Assembly: GCA_041191145.1 (NCBI GenBank)
Contig: JBEEPK010000008.1
Span: 1-59,943, forward strand
Origin: Bacteroidota bacterium
GTDB taxonomy: Bacteria > Bacteroidota > Ignavibacteria > Kapaibacteriales > UBA961
Reading direction: 5' to 3'
Length of the DNA: 59,943 nt
A model generated the notes under the pieces. The model searched no databases. It was not told the origin of the DNA and saw only the letters and a list, made by a program, of their open reading frames with translations. The translations under genes and the position numbers were made by a program. Shown one piece after another: positions 21,325 through 32,252 of the stretch (its first letter is position 1; every line of letters starts with the position of its first letter).

Positions 21325-23250
21325 TCATGAAGCAAAGGATTGCGAAGCAAATTCATTCAAATTCGCCACTTTTTTGGCAATTCCATTCGCGTCAAGTCCG
21401 AGTTCAGCCAATAATTCTTCTTGGGTACCATGATCCACAAATTCATCGGAGATTCCGTGTAAAACAAGCTTCCCTTGAAATTGATTTTCAATAGCACATT
21501 CTGCGACCGCACTGCCAAAGCCACCCTGTATTTGTCCATCTTCAACAGTAATGATAATATCATGATTGCCAAATAAATCAGCGAAGAGTTCAGTATCGAG
21601 TGGTTTCACGAATCGGGCATTGACCACCGAAGCATGAATTCCCTGCTCTTCCAATAATGATGAAGCTTTCATGCATTCATTGACCATTTTTCCAATTCCG
21701 ACAAGCGCAATGCGATGACCGGTTTTGAGGATTTCACCTTTGCCAAGTGGCAAACTCTTCGGCTCACGAAGTTCCACGCCAAGTCCATTTCCTCGTGGAT
21801 AGCGAATGGCGGAAGGACCATTTGTATAATCTTTGACTGCTGAATAGAGCATATCCCGTAATTCTTGTTCATCTTTCGGTGCCATCACAATCATGCCTTG
21901 AATCAAACGGAGATAACCGAGATCGAGAACTCCATGATGCGTAGGACCATCTGCACCAACCAATCCTGAGCGATCAAGTGCAAATACAACATGCAAATGC
22001 TGAAGTGCGCAATCATGCACGATATTGTCAAAAGCTCTTTGCAAGAAGGAGGAATAAATCGCACAGACAGGCACGATTCCCTCGCAAGCCAATCCGGCGG
22101 CAAAAGTCACGGCATGACTTTCTGCAATTCCGACATCAATCACTCTTTCAGGAAATGTTTTTGCAAGGATGTCCAAACCTGTACCATCGGGCATCGCGGC
22201 TGTGATTCCAACAATGCGGTTGTCTGTCGCGCACAATTCCGTCATTGCTTCACCAAATACCTTCTGATACGATGGTGGAGCGGGCTTTGCGGGAGCGGCT
22301 GATGGAAAAGATTTTCCGGTGATTTTATCTACTTTTCCAATTGCATGAAGAAATTGCTTATCCGCTTCTGCTGGCGCATAGCCCTTCCCTTTTTGTGTGA
22401 TGACATGCAGAAGTGTTGGACCTTTCGCATCCTTAAGATTTTGGAGCATGGTCACGAGATTATTGATATTATGCCCATTAATCGGACCAAAATAATTGAA
22501 ACCCAAAGCTTCAAAAAGCATGCCCGGTGTGAGCAGGGCTTTGAGTCCATTATCTACTTGATGTGCAACTTTTCGAATGCGATCTCCGGCTGTATCTATT
22601 TTTCCGGCAATGTCCCAAATATGCGAGCGCAATTTTGTTCCGGTTGGCGAAGAGAAAATCTGGGAGAAATAATTGCTGAGTGCCCAAACATTTGGGGCTA
22701 TAGACATATTATTGTCATTCAATATCACAAGCAAATCACGATTCTGCACTCCGCAATTGTTCATTGCTTCATAGACCATCCCGCCAGTCATGGCTCCATC
22801 ACCGATTACAGCTGCAACGCGATAATTATCTCCTGTCAAGTCTCTGGCTGTTGCCAAACCAAGAGCCGCGGAAATGCTAGTGCTCGCATGCCCGGCACCA
22901 AAAACATCAAATTCAGATTCTTCTCTTTTGAGAAATCCTGAAAGACCATCCTTTTGTCGGATGGTGTAAAGTTCATCTTTTCTACCGGTAAGAATTTTAT
23001 GCGGATATCCTTGATGCCCGGTATCAATCACAATTTTGTCATGGGGAGTATTGAACACATAATGCAGTGCAACCGTCAATTCCACAACACCAAGTCCTGC
23101 CCCGAAATGTCCACCAACTTTTGTGATGGTATCCACCATATATTCCCGTACTTCATTGCTAACATCACGCAATGCACTTTCAGGCAGAGTCCGTAAATCA
23201 GCAGGAGTATTGATATTGGATAGATAGCGGTATTCAGAAGGAGCTGACAT
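21325..23250 (-). CDS. dxs: 1-deoxy-D-xylulose-5-phosphate synthase
   Basis: GGHFGAGLG, GHQGYPHK, GDGAMTGG, DVGIAESHA, ADGPTHHG, IRYPRG. Confidence 0.97.
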   Translation of the reverse strand: MSAPSEYRYLSNINTPADLRTLPESALRDVSNEVREYMVDTITKVGGHFGAGLGVVELTVALHYVFNTPHDKIVIDTGHQGYPHKILTGRKDELYTIRQKDGLSGFLKREESEFDVFGAGHASTSISAALGLATARDLTGDNYRVAAVIGDGAMTGGMVYEAMNNCGVQNRDLLVILNDNNMSIAPNVWALSNYFSQIFSSPTGTKLRSHIWDIAGKIDTAGDRIRKVAHQVDNGLKALLTPGMLFEALGFNYFGPINGHNINNLVTMLQNLKDAKGPTLLHVITQKGKGYAPAEADKQFLHAIGKVDKITGKSFPSAAPAKPAPPSYQKVFGEAMTELCATDNRIVGITAAMPDGTGLDILAKTFPERVIDVGIAESHAVTFAAGLACEGIVPVCAIYSSFLQRAFDNIVHDCALQHLHVVFALDRSGLVGADGPTHHGVLDLGYLRLIQGMIVMAPKDEQELRDMLYSAVKDYTNGPSAIRYPRGNGLGVELREPKSLPLGKGEILKTGHRIALVGIGKMVNECMKASSLLEEQGIHASVVNARFVKPLDTELFADLFGNHDIIITVEDGQIQGGFGSAVAECAIENQFQGKLVLHGISDEFVDHGTQEELLAELGLDANGIAKKVANLNEFASQSFAS

Positions 23251-23348
23251 AAATTTTCTAAAGGTGCGAGAAATCTGAATATAAAATTCAGTACATTATT
23301 TGTTCAATCAATGGACAATGTAACGCATTGCAAGCCGAAGGGGTTCCA

Positions 23349-24833
23349 TCAATGCAATTTCATGCCGAGCCAATCAGCACGGTCATAATATGGTACTTTG
23401 TGCTTCATTGCTTCGAGCACATCATCCACATATTCGGGCGTTCTTGCACCAATCAACACAGAACTGATACCTGCAACAGATCTTGTCGCATTGATTGCTG
23501 TCTGTGACAATGACAATCCTTTGAAACCACCAGAGAATGCTTTATTCACCACAGATCGGACATATTCATGTCTGCGATAATCGGCATTCTCTATTGTTGC
23601 ATAATATGAACTGATCATATTCACGATTTTTGATGTCAAAGAAGCCACCTGTAAGACCCAATCCAATACTTTTTCATTTCCAATTCGATTGATTCCGGTA
23701 AGAGCATAAGCCATTTTACCAAGAATGACATCTCTTTCTTTGTTCCAATCATCGATCGACTTATACGTATTCCAAGTCACCTGCAAAGCATTGATTGAAA
23801 TGATATGAGAAATGAGACTATTCTTCAATTCTTCATCTTCAATACCAAGGACATCAATATGTTCGGTGAAAGAATAAGCAGCATGTGAGATTCGTTCAAT
23901 CTCGCTTCTCAGCTCTTCGATATTGGGTAATTTTACATCATTTGCATCCGAAAGTCGGATAATTTGTCCGTGCCTTATGCCATTTAATGGTCGATTGACC
24001 AGAGCCACCAAATTGTTCTCTTCTGCAAATTCTATGAGCGTAAGACCCTCATCATCCTGATTTAATTCCGTTGCCGCCTCCGGTTCAACCAAATTGAATG
24101 GAAATTGAATCACTGAAAAATGATGATCTTTTTTGATGGACTTTGCAATTTCAAGACATCTTTCAGCCGAACAAAATTCGGGATGATCCGTGGCAAAGGG
24201 AAATGAATTCGAGGAAATCCCATAATAGCTAATCAATCCTTTGTTCACCATCTCTTCCATGCATTCAAAAGCCATTTTTATGCGAGCATAGAAAAGGTCT
24301 CTTTTATCTTGCAGAGATACTTCATTTGACAATCGGGGATCTTTGAAAAAGTATTCGGGATTATGAAGCAGAAGTCCATCAACATAATCAATGGACATTC
24401 TTTCCAAACTAAGTCTCAATTGCTCTTTCAAAAATTCGGGATGAATACAGTGATAGAGATCATCACTGATCTTCACCATATCGGGAATTGGATTTCCAAA
24501 GACTTCTCTTTGTTTTGCTTCATTGAGCAATGGACCTTGCAGATAGCCGATTTTGGTTATGATGACCAAATCAGATCTTTTGACTTGACTCTCGACTGTT
24601 TTGAGGACATTTCCGATCAGAGATTCACTGGCACCGAGCGCATAATTGGTAGAGGTATCAATAAGATTAATACCGCTTGTAATGGCTTTCATCAATGAGA
24701 ATGCATGACTCATGTCACCCAACTTGACGCGATAGGTACCGAATCCTGCCATCGAAACTGTTTGCCCTGAAGGCCAAATGGTATAGGGAACATTCGGATA
24801 TGCCGAAGAATATTCTTTTGTGGTGTCGTTCAT
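23349..24833 (-). CDS. Aldo/keto reductase family protein with a long C-terminal insertion
   Basis: GFGTYR, IDTSTNY, ITKIG, LLLHNP, GISSN, SVLIGAR. Confidence 0.8.
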   Translation of the reverse strand: MNDTTKEYSSAYPNVPYTIWPSGQTVSMAGFGTYRVKLGDMSHAFSLMKAITSGINLIDTSTNYALGASESLIGNVLKTVESQVKRSDLVIITKIGYLQGPLLNEAKQREVFGNPIPDMVKISDDLYHCIHPEFLKEQLRLSLERMSIDYVDGLLLHNPEYFFKDPRLSNEVSLQDKRDLFYARIKMAFECMEEMVNKGLISYYGISSNSFPFATDHPEFCSAERCLEIAKSIKKDHHFSVIQFPFNLVEPEAATELNQDDEGLTLIEFAEENNLVALVNRPLNGIRHGQIIRLSDANDVKLPNIEELRSEIERISHAAYSFTEHIDVLGIEDEELKNSLISHIISINALQVTWNTYKSIDDWNKERDVILGKMAYALTGINRIGNEKVLDWVLQVASLTSKIVNMISSYYATIENADYRRHEYVRSVVNKAFSGGFKGLSLSQTAINATRSVAGISSVLIGARTPEYVDDVLEAMKHKVPYYDRADWLGMKLH

Positions 24834-24867
24834 ATGTACTAAGTATGGAGAGGATATTGCCTATCGC

Positions 24868-25599
24868 TTAGAGGCGATATTGAACCAATACGGATGATGT
24901 TAAACCGCCAATGATCGATTCAACGGATTCCGTTAATGCCGATGGAGTAAATAATTCACCGCGCTCATTATTTCTTCCAAGTAGATTAAATGCAGTATAT
25001 CCAATGGAAATATTCACAGACCAGCGCTCTTCAACCAAACCTTCAATTCCGAGTTTAACTCCGGCCCCGAGTCTGGATGCACCGGATTTTCCGAAATAAC
25101 GAGTTGTATCGGGAAAATCAGGTTTTTCATAATTCAGTTTGACTTCCAATTCTGTTGGAGCAAGCATAGACATTCTCACATCAAAACCTGCATAGGCTTT
25201 AGCATTGGCAAGTGGAAGATCTGCAAATGCATATTCAAATCCGGCAAATATTGTAGGTATCTGAATTGTGTGTGTGGCCTGAATTGTATAAAAACGATCC
25301 GGTACTCTTTGCACACCGCTCATCACAAAATAATCCAAGCCAAATGGAATGCGAAGATCATTGTTTTTGTCAATGCCAACTGTACCTTTCAGCGTAATAC
25401 CCGACTGCCAATTCGGAAAACCTCCGCCTATGGCTCCTTCGCTTTCCTGTGGAAATATCTTCTGATTCGCAGGATTTGATCCATTGAGTAGGAATGTGGA
25501 CACCCCGAATGCCACGGTTGTGGTGCCATCGAATACACTTTGTGCCTTTGCCGGCAAAAGTGAACTAATGACAAGTACCAATCCTATAATGTATTTCAT
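24868..25599 (-). CDS. Putative small outer-membrane beta-barrel protein
   Basis: Signal peptide (AKA-Q), amphipathic strands, C-terminal VQYRL. Confidence 0.6.
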   Translation of the reverse strand: MKYIIGLVLVISSLLPAKAQSVFDGTTTVAFGVSTFLLNGSNPANQKIFPQESEGAIGGGFPNWQSGITLKGTVGIDKNNDLRIPFGLDYFVMSGVQRVPDRFYTIQATHTIQIPTIFAGFEYAFADLPLANAKAYAGFDVRMSMLAPTELEVKLNYEKPDFPDTTRYFGKSGASRLGAGVKLGIEGLVEERWSVNISIGYTAFNLLGRNNERGELFTPSALTESVESIIGGLTSSVLVQYRL

Positions 25600-25617
25600 G
25601 AGATTATCCTTTGTGAA

Positions 25618-26715
25618 TCAATCAAGCGTTTCGCGAACGCTATATGTTGTTTTTTCCAATGAATTCTTTACGACCAATTCACCAATCAATCCTGTGGAAA
25701 TGAGTTGTACGCCAACAATAATCATCGCGATTCCGAAGAGTGCGAGGGGTCTTTGACTCAGGAATGTCAATCCCATGGCCCATTCAACTGTGAGATAGAT
25801 ATTCGTTATCAAACCGGCCAATACCATGATTGATCCAATTGTACCGAATAAGTGTAATGGTCTTTTTACATACCGAGTTGTGAACATCACCGTCAGCAAA
25901 TCCAAGAATCCTTTGAAAAATCTGCTGAAGCCGAACTTGGAATAACCGAATTTTCTTGGATGATGGAGCACCGGCATTTCGGTTACACGAAAGCCTTCCC
26001 AATGCGCCAATGCAGGTAAATAGCGGTGCATTTCACCATATACTTGTAGTGTTTTGACCACTTCTCTACGATATGCTTTGAGTCCGCAATTGAAATCATG
26101 CAATGATATGCCACTCATGCGGGAAGTGACAAAATTGAAAAATCTTGATGGGATTGTTTTGTGCCATGGATCATGTCTTTTCTTCTTCCATCCCGAAACA
26201 AGATCATATCCTTGCTCAATCAATGCAAGCATGCCGGGCAATTCTTTAGGATCATCCTGCAAATCAGCATCCATAGTGAATACATACTTGCCTTTGGCGG
26301 CGGCAAAACCTACAGCCAATGCCGCAGATTTTCCACAATTTCTGCGAAATCGAATAGCTTTGTACCGAGGATTTTTTTCATGAATCTTGCGAATCACAGA
26401 GAATGAGGTATCAGTTGACCCATCATCAATGAAAAGGATTTCGTATTGACCATTACTCATTCCGGGTACGACTTCTTCCAATGCTTCATACAGAGGATAG
26501 AGTGATTCCTCCTCATTCAGCAGCGGAATCACAATACTCATGAATGGTTTGGGGCCATGAGGTCTTCTATGCTGTGGTCTTTCGGACTGATTTGGTTTAT
26601 CAATGGAATCAATCTCTCTGTCGATATTCTCGAGAGTCGGAGACGAATGCTTCACTGATCCTGCATCGGGTTTATTCCGATGTTTATGTCTTCTACGATG
26701 TTGTTGATGTTCCAC
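25618..26715 (-). CDS. Glycosyltransferase family 2 (ArnC/polyprenol-phosphate type)
   Basis: SIVIPLLNEE, IDDGSTD, MDADLQDDP, HDFNCGLK, two C-terminal TMs. Start uncertain. Confidence 0.92.
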   Translation of the reverse strand: MEHQQHRRRHKHRNKPDAGSVKHSSPTLENIDREIDSIDKPNQSERPQHRRPHGPKPFMSIVIPLLNEEESLYPLYEALEEVVPGMSNGQYEILFIDDGSTDTSFSVIRKIHEKNPRYKAIRFRRNCGKSAALAVGFAAAKGKYVFTMDADLQDDPKELPGMLALIEQGYDLVSGWKKKRHDPWHKTIPSRFFNFVTSRMSGISLHDFNCGLKAYRREVVKTLQVYGEMHRYLPALAHWEGFRVTEMPVLHHPRKFGYSKFGFSRFFKGFLDLLTVMFTTRYVKRPLHLFGTIGSIMVLAGLITNIYLTVEWAMGLTFLSQRPLALFGIAMIIVGVQLISTGLIGELVVKNSLEKTTYSVRETLD

Positions 26716-26822
26716 GGAAGATCAATGCGATTGGAAGAAAATCATGTTTACTATTCCAATACAAGTTTGGAATGCTGTCAAATTACCTTTTCTAGGGCTT
26801 AGAATCAACAAGTAATACGGTG

Positions 26823-27719
26823 TTAATTCAAGCCTTCTTCAAGCGCGATAATGAGTTGCGCAAAATTCTCATCGGTCAATGAATAGGTGGAACTGCAATA
26901 TTGACATACCAATTCTCTTTGACCTTCGGCTTTCATCGACATAATCTCTTGTTTTCCGAGCGTTAGCAATTTACTCATGAAGCGTTCAAGAGAGCATCTA
27001 CAGAAGAAGTCAACGGGTGTATTATTCACGATTTCAATTTCAAATGGCATTACTTGTCTTAGGATTTCTTCTGGTGAATAACCACTATCGAGCAATTCCT
27101 CCACTGGTGGCATTTCTTCAAGTGATCTCTGCACTTCCACTATTGATGCAAGGTCTGCCCCAGGCATGGCCTGCACAATGATTCCTCCGGAGTGCTCGAT
27201 TGCACCTTCATCATTGATGGTTACACCCAAGTTTACTGCCGTGATTATTTGTTCTGATTGTTCAAAATAATAGGATAGATCGGAAGCAATATCTCCGTGC
27301 AAGAGTTCCACTATACCAGTAACGGGTTCTTGTTTTTCATACAGTATTTTGGATACTTTCAGAAATCCTTTGCTCAAAGCATCCGACAGTGATTCAGGCA
27401 TGGGACGAGATTCGTCTGTTACCACAAATCCTCTCACTTCACCCACTTGCATGGCTTCGGTAAAAATGAGTTTTACTCTCCCTGTACCTTCTGCTTGAAC
27501 AATTACTCTTTCTTCGCCTTTCAAAAATGATGATAAAAGAACTGATGAAGTGAGAGTTTTTGCCAATAGATATGATAATAATGGGTCGAGACCATGCTTA
27601 ATCCTGGCTGTCTCTGTGGTATTTGTGGTTTTTGCAACCGCCACTCTAAACATCCCATTGCCCGACATTGCTCGAACTACTCGATCTCTGTGTTGATATG
27701 ATTTTTTTAACTCATTCAT
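26823..27719 (-). CDS. hslO: Hsp33 redox-regulated chaperone
   Basis: SEQI, GGIIVQAMPG, CRCS...CQYC zinc motif. Confidence 0.93.
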   Translation of the reverse strand: MNELKKSYQHRDRVVRAMSGNGMFRVAVAKTTNTTETARIKHGLDPLLSYLLAKTLTSSVLLSSFLKGEERVIVQAEGTGRVKLIFTEAMQVGEVRGFVVTDESRPMPESLSDALSKGFLKVSKILYEKQEPVTGIVELLHGDIASDLSYYFEQSEQIITAVNLGVTINDEGAIEHSGGIIVQAMPGADLASIVEVQRSLEEMPPVEELLDSGYSPEEILRQVMPFEIEIVNNTPVDFFCRCSLERFMSKLLTLGKQEIMSMKAEGQRELVCQYCSSTYSLTDENFAQLIIALEEGLN

Positions 27720-27769
27720 GAATTGTCATTGCTTACTGTGGAGAAAATTGGCATAATTCCTGTAATGAT

Positions 27770-28315
27770 ATGTTCATGCAATATGCTTCACATACAACAC
27801 GACATATAATCGGAATCTTCTTGGGATTTTGTCTGACGCTCTTTGTTTCTGGGTGTAGTTCATTATTGAAAACACCCACAAATGGCTTTGTCAAGAATAG
27901 CATGCCTCTTTATTCCATACCTGATTATCTTGAGCCTGAGCGCAAAATCGTAATGGAAGAGGCATTGAAATTCATAGGAACTCCATATTGCCATGGTGGG
28001 AAAACACCATTTTGTTCGGATTGTTCCGGCTTTGTCCTTCAGGTATATCGCAAAATCGGCATCAAAGCACCGAGAACTGCGCATGATCAATATCTATCCT
28101 ATGCTTCCGAAGATGTGATTCCTGAACCGGGAGATTTGATCTTCTTCCGCTATGCCGAACAAGGAAAAATCGCACATGTAGGAATTTATGCCGGCGAAGA
28201 TTATATAATCCATGCCTCCGAAAAGAAAGGTGTCATTCTCACTACCCTTGACTATATGAGGAAACACATAGTGGGTTATGGCAGAATGCCCATTCAGGAA
28301 TTCTCTTCAAAATAA
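27770..28315 (+). CDS. NlpC/P60 family lipoprotein
   Basis: Lipobox VSGC; GTPY, DCSG, PRTA, PGDLIFF, HVGIY. Confidence 0.92.
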   Translation: MFMQYASHTTRHIIGIFLGFCLTLFVSGCSSLLKTPTNGFVKNSMPLYSIPDYLEPERKIVMEEALKFIGTPYCHGGKTPFCSDCSGFVLQVYRKIGIKAPRTAHDQYLSYASEDVIPEPGDLIFFRYAEQGKIAHVGIYAGEDYIIHASEKKGVILTTLDYMRKHIVGYGRMPIQEFSSK

Positions 28316-29520
28316 CCGATCGAGCAGAAGCTAACTGCAGATGATGTATCGGGTTGATCCCACCATTGATATGCCAGCAATTGAGCATTTTTGGATTCTA
28401 TGCTCTTCATCAGTAAATAATTCGGGGCACATCCGCAAATACGGGAATGATCATGTGTATTGGCAATCTTTTTGAAGAATCCTTCCGCATCATGAGCACA
28501 CATCAATGCAATCACATCAGAATCATGCATCGTGATGTCTGTGACCAATGAATGAGCCGCCTCGGCATCACCGAATTTTCTACCTATATGAGAGAGATCA
28601 CCGCTTGAAACGAACAATACTCTTTGATTGGTTTCCTTCACATAATCATGAATGATGGAAAGGAATTCATCGATTCCTGCATCATTGATTTTGTCAAGTG
28701 AAGAAAATCTATCATGCATAGAATTCACCAAAACAGGAAGCAATGTGAATTGCTCGGCACCATATGCATATTGCAAAAGAAGCAGGACCATTTCAATTGA
28801 ATGATCATAACGATGCTGTTCATCATTTTTAGTCAATACTTGCTTCGATGATGCATGCAATACATTGATTAACTCAGTATTGGTTTTTGTTCTACCCAAT
28901 GGCGTGGAATAATCTTTCTCAGTCATGATAAAACGACCTTCACCTCCATAATGCGAAGTCCCGAACATGATCACAAGATCAGGTTTCGGACTCGCCTCAA
29001 GAGCGCGAATGGCAGAGGAATATGCATGCGTTCCTTCCGATAACTCAACATGCGGAATGATGATTCCGGAGAGTGGTGCACTTTCTCTTTTTTCGGTCAT
29101 TTCCTTGATTTCATCCAACATGGAAATTGCCGATTCTTTTGTTTCAGGATAAACGGTGCCAAGACAGAATGGTTCACGAATTTCAGCAATTCGGAATGCC
29201 GTATCCACATCTACTTTTCTTCTGAAATACTCTTCGTCCAGCAAAAAGCATCGTTCGCTTAACTGTAAAACGACATCCAAAATATCATGCGGATTAATCT
29301 CCCCATTATAGGTGGAATTGGAAATTTCAACACATGTCTGTTGATCTTCCCTACCCAATTTGTCGATCAATTGCAAACCGGATAATCCCAATATCACAGG
29401 CGCAGGAGAGTATCTCAATGGATCATAGATCAAGAGATATTCCTCTTTCATATGCACATGTTTCATCATGGCAATATCAGATCTGAGCCTTGGCAATACA
29501 GTTGTTATGGTATAGTTCAT
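28294..29520 (-). CDS. AmmeMemoRadiSam system protein B (MEMO1 family)
   Basis: IIIPH, GTSH, TPLG, HSIE, SGDLSH, RICG. Confidence 0.85.
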   Translation of the reverse strand: MNYTITTVLPRLRSDIAMMKHVHMKEEYLLIYDPLRYSPAPVILGLSGLQLIDKLGREDQQTCVEISNSTYNGEINPHDILDVVLQLSERCFLLDEEYFRRKVDVDTAFRIAEIREPFCLGTVYPETKESAISMLDEIKEMTEKRESAPLSGIIIPHVELSEGTHAYSSAIRALEASPKPDLVIMFGTSHYGGEGRFIMTEKDYSTPLGRTKTNTELINVLHASSKQVLTKNDEQHRYDHSIEMVLLLLQYAYGAEQFTLLPVLVNSMHDRFSSLDKINDAGIDEFLSIIHDYVKETNQRVLFVSSGDLSHIGRKFGDAEAAHSLVTDITMHDSDVIALMCAHDAEGFFKKIANTHDHSRICGCAPNYLLMKSIESKNAQLLAYQWWDQPDTSSAVSFCSIGYFEENS

Positions 29521-29533
29521 TTCATCCCCTCAA

Positions 29534-30979
29534 TTAGTTAATAGATTGAGTTTTCTTATACAATTTGGCTTCTTCAAGCCACTGTTCTTTATTGTCGAGT
29601 AATAATTGTTTCGCCGCTTGATAATCATTCGGAATAATTCCTTCCAAAATGGACTCTTCAATCATATGCTTGATATACCCAATCGCCGGCGATGGTTGCA
29701 ATGAGCATAATTCCATGATTTCTTCACCTCTGACGGGAGATTGGAATGCACGCAATTGATCGCGGTCACGAACATCAAGTATTTTTTGATAGACCTTTTC
29801 ATAATTCCTGAGATAGCGCTCCGCCTTTTTGGAATTTTTTGTCGTTATATCTGCTTTGCACAGAAGAAACAAATCATCCAATGAATCTCCAGCATGCACA
29901 GCAAGCCTGCGTATGGCTGAATCTGTCACGCCATCATCTACGAGCACCATTGGTCTTTGATGAAGTCTTACCAATGTTTCAACATATGACACATGCTCGA
30001 GTGGCAATTTCATTCTTCTGAAAATTCCCGCCTGCCATCTGGCACCCAATTCTTCATGGCCATGAAATGACCAACCGATGCCTTGGATGAACTTCTTTGT
30101 TTTCGGCTTGGCGATATCATGCATCAATGTAGCAAAACGAAGCCATACATTGTCAGTCATCTCACAGAGATTGTCAAGAACTTGTAATGTATGCAAAAAG
30201 ACATCTTTATGGGCATATCCATGCTCGCCAACTTGCATGAGTTCTATTCCGGAGAGTCTTTCGAGCTCCGGAAAAACATATGCCAATAATCCTGTTTCAT
30301 GCAATATCTTCAAACCGATGCTTGGCTTTTTGGCTTTGAGCAAACTAATGAATTCATCGCTGATACGCTCTTGCGAAATAATGGAAATTCTCTCAGCCAT
30401 TGATGACATTGCTTTTTTTGTTTCCGGTTCAATTTCGCATTCAAGTCTAGCTGAAAATCTAGCCGCACGCATCATGCGAAGCGGATCATCGCTGAAGGTT
30501 ATCATTGGATCAAGCGGTGTGCGAAGTATTTTATTCGCAAGATCAGTTTGACCATCGTGCAAATCAATGACTTCGCCGAACGATTCTTTTTTCAAAGAAA
30601 GAGCCATGCAATTAACGGTGAAATCACGACGATTGATATCATCTTCGAAGGATCCTTCCGTGACAATTGGCTTTCTTGAATGCTCAAGATATTCTTCTTT
30701 TCTGGTTCCCACAAATTCCAGAAGATAATCACCCACCGGAACAAGTGCAGTTCGAAAGCGCTCATAAATGACTGCTTTGGAATGTTTTGCCGCTGCAACC
30801 AAACGAGCGAATTCAAGCGCATCACCAACAACAGTAAAATCAATGTCTTTGGAATCAATACCCAAAATTCGATCGCGTACATATCCACCGACCACATAGA
30901 TGGTATATCCATGATATTCGGCCAAATCTGCCAAATCATGAATGATATCAGGGATATCGCCAATTATGAGCTTATTCAT
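29534..30979 (-). CDS. cca: CCA tRNA nucleotidyltransferase with HD domain
   Basis: VGGYVRD, DIDF, RRDFTVN, DDPLRMMRAARF, HDIAKP. Start MNKLII at 30979. Confidence 0.9.
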   Translation of the reverse strand: MNKLIIGDIPDIIHDLADLAEYHGYTIYVVGGYVRDRILGIDSKDIDFTVVGDALEFARLVAAAKHSKAVIYERFRTALVPVGDYLLEFVGTRKEEYLEHSRKPIVTEGSFEDDINRRDFTVNCMALSLKKESFGEVIDLHDGQTDLANKILRTPLDPMITFSDDPLRMMRAARFSARLECEIEPETKKAMSSMAERISIISQERISDEFISLLKAKKPSIGLKILHETGLLAYVFPELERLSGIELMQVGEHGYAHKDVFLHTLQVLDNLCEMTDNVWLRFATLMHDIAKPKTKKFIQGIGWSFHGHEELGARWQAGIFRRMKLPLEHVSYVETLVRLHQRPMVLVDDGVTDSAIRRLAVHAGDSLDDLFLLCKADITTKNSKKAERYLRNYEKVYQKILDVRDRDQLRAFQSPVRGEEIMELCSLQPSPAIGYIKHMIEESILEGIIPNDYQAAKQLLLDNKEQWLEEAKLYKKTQSIN

Positions 30980-30980
30980 T

Positions 30981-32150
30981 TTACCAAATCCATGAAGAAG
31001 CGGCTGAATAGGCCTCTTTTGCGGCTTCTTCCAGTGATGGTCCGCAAGTGGTGAGATGCCCCATTTTCCTGCCTTTTCTACATTCCTTTTTTCCATACAA
31101 ATGGACGATTGTATGGGGATGTTTGAGTGTGTCAACGGGACTATCAGGCACACCGGGACCGCTCCTCGTGCCGAGCAAATTAACCATAACAGCTGCTGGC
31201 ACCTTCATTTCTGGGGACCCCAAAGGCAGATTGAGTATGGCTCTTATGCCATTTTCAAATTGTGATGTATGGCAAGCCTCTATGGTATAATGTCCTGAAT
31301 TATGAGGTCTAGGTGCAATTTCATTGAATAATACTTCCCCATCCTTTGTGAGAAACATCTCAATTCCAAATACTCCGATGCCACTAATCGCTTCGATGCA
31401 TCGCTTTGCCATTTCTTTTGCTTTTGCGGCAATTTCTTCATCAATTCTGGCAGGAGCAAGCACATATCTGCAAATATGATTTTCTTGAATTGTTTCAACA
31501 CAAGGATAAACTGCAATTTCACCGCGTCTATTTCTTACAACCATCACTGCCAATTCTTTAGTGAAATGTACGAATGCTTCGCACATGATTTCTCGAGGAG
31601 CTTCAGGATCACGAAATGCATTCCAAGCATGTTCGATATCAGATGCTGATCGAATCGTTGCATTTCCATATCCATCATATCCAAGAGTGCGTGTTTTCAT
31701 GACAAATGGATAGCCATGCTTTTCGCCAAAAGCATGAACATCTTCCATTGCCTGACAAGCACCGAATGGCGTGATAGCTATACCGGCATTCTGCATGGTT
31801 TCTTTTTGGGTGAATTTATCTTGCACGAGTGCTATTGTTTCAGGCAAAGGAAAAACGGCTCTTTTCTCAGCAATATATTGGAGAATTTCAGGTGCAATGA
31901 ATTCATTTTCCAAAGTGATTATATCAGATGCTTCTATGAATGCATCCAAAGCTTCACGATCATTCCAACCATCCCCCCAAGACAATGATGTCATCATTCC
32001 GGCAGGAGAATCTTCTCCATGTTCGATAATTGCGGTACGCATGCCCATCTTGAACACTTCTTGTGAAAGCATTTTGGCAAGTTGTCCGCCACCAAGAATT
32101 CCAATGACATGTGGTCTTGGCTCATATTCCGCATAAAGCGATGGAAGCAT
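30981..32150 (-). CDS. purK: N5-carboxyaminoimidazole ribonucleotide synthase
   Basis: ILGGGQLA, GYDGYG, NEIAPRPHNSGH, GRKMGH. Confidence 0.96.
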   Translation of the reverse strand: MLPSLYAEYEPRPHVIGILGGGQLAKMLSQEVFKMGMRTAIIEHGEDSPAGMMTSLSWGDGWNDREALDAFIEASDIITLENEFIAPEILQYIAEKRAVFPLPETIALVQDKFTQKETMQNAGIAITPFGACQAMEDVHAFGEKHGYPFVMKTRTLGYDGYGNATIRSASDIEHAWNAFRDPEAPREIMCEAFVHFTKELAVMVVRNRRGEIAVYPCVETIQENHICRYVLAPARIDEEIAAKAKEMAKRCIEAISGIGVFGIEMFLTKDGEVLFNEIAPRPHNSGHYTIEACHTSQFENGIRAILNLPLGSPEMKVPAAVMVNLLGTRSGPGVPDSPVDTLKHPHTIVHLYGKKECRKGRKMGHLTTCGPSLEEAAKEAYSAASSWIW

Positions 32151-32173
32151 AGTCTCATCCGATTATTTGATTG

Positions 32174-32181
32174 CAAAGATA
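32174..32181 (-). promoter_or_regulatory. TAnnTTTG element (TATCTTTG) upstream of purK
   Basis: Consensus match about 24 bp upstream of the ATG. Confidence 0.5.
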
Positions 32182-32199
32182 CGGATTTGAATAAATAAT

Positions 32200-32233
32200 A
32201 ATCCGCCGTGAATCCTTGAACTCACGGCGGATT
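32200..32233 (-). terminator. Intrinsic terminator after the T9SS cargo gene
   Basis: AATCCGCCGTGA / TCACGGCGGATT 12-bp stem with an AT-rich tail. Confidence 0.8.
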
Positions 32234-32252
32234 ACATATGTAACTGACAGTA

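Noticed and set aside
30980-31153. Long N-terminal extensions of cca (and likewise purA, phoH, the desulfurase and the fibre gene)
   Set aside because: They overlap neighbouring genes, terminators or DnaA boxes; downstream ATGs match family starts better.
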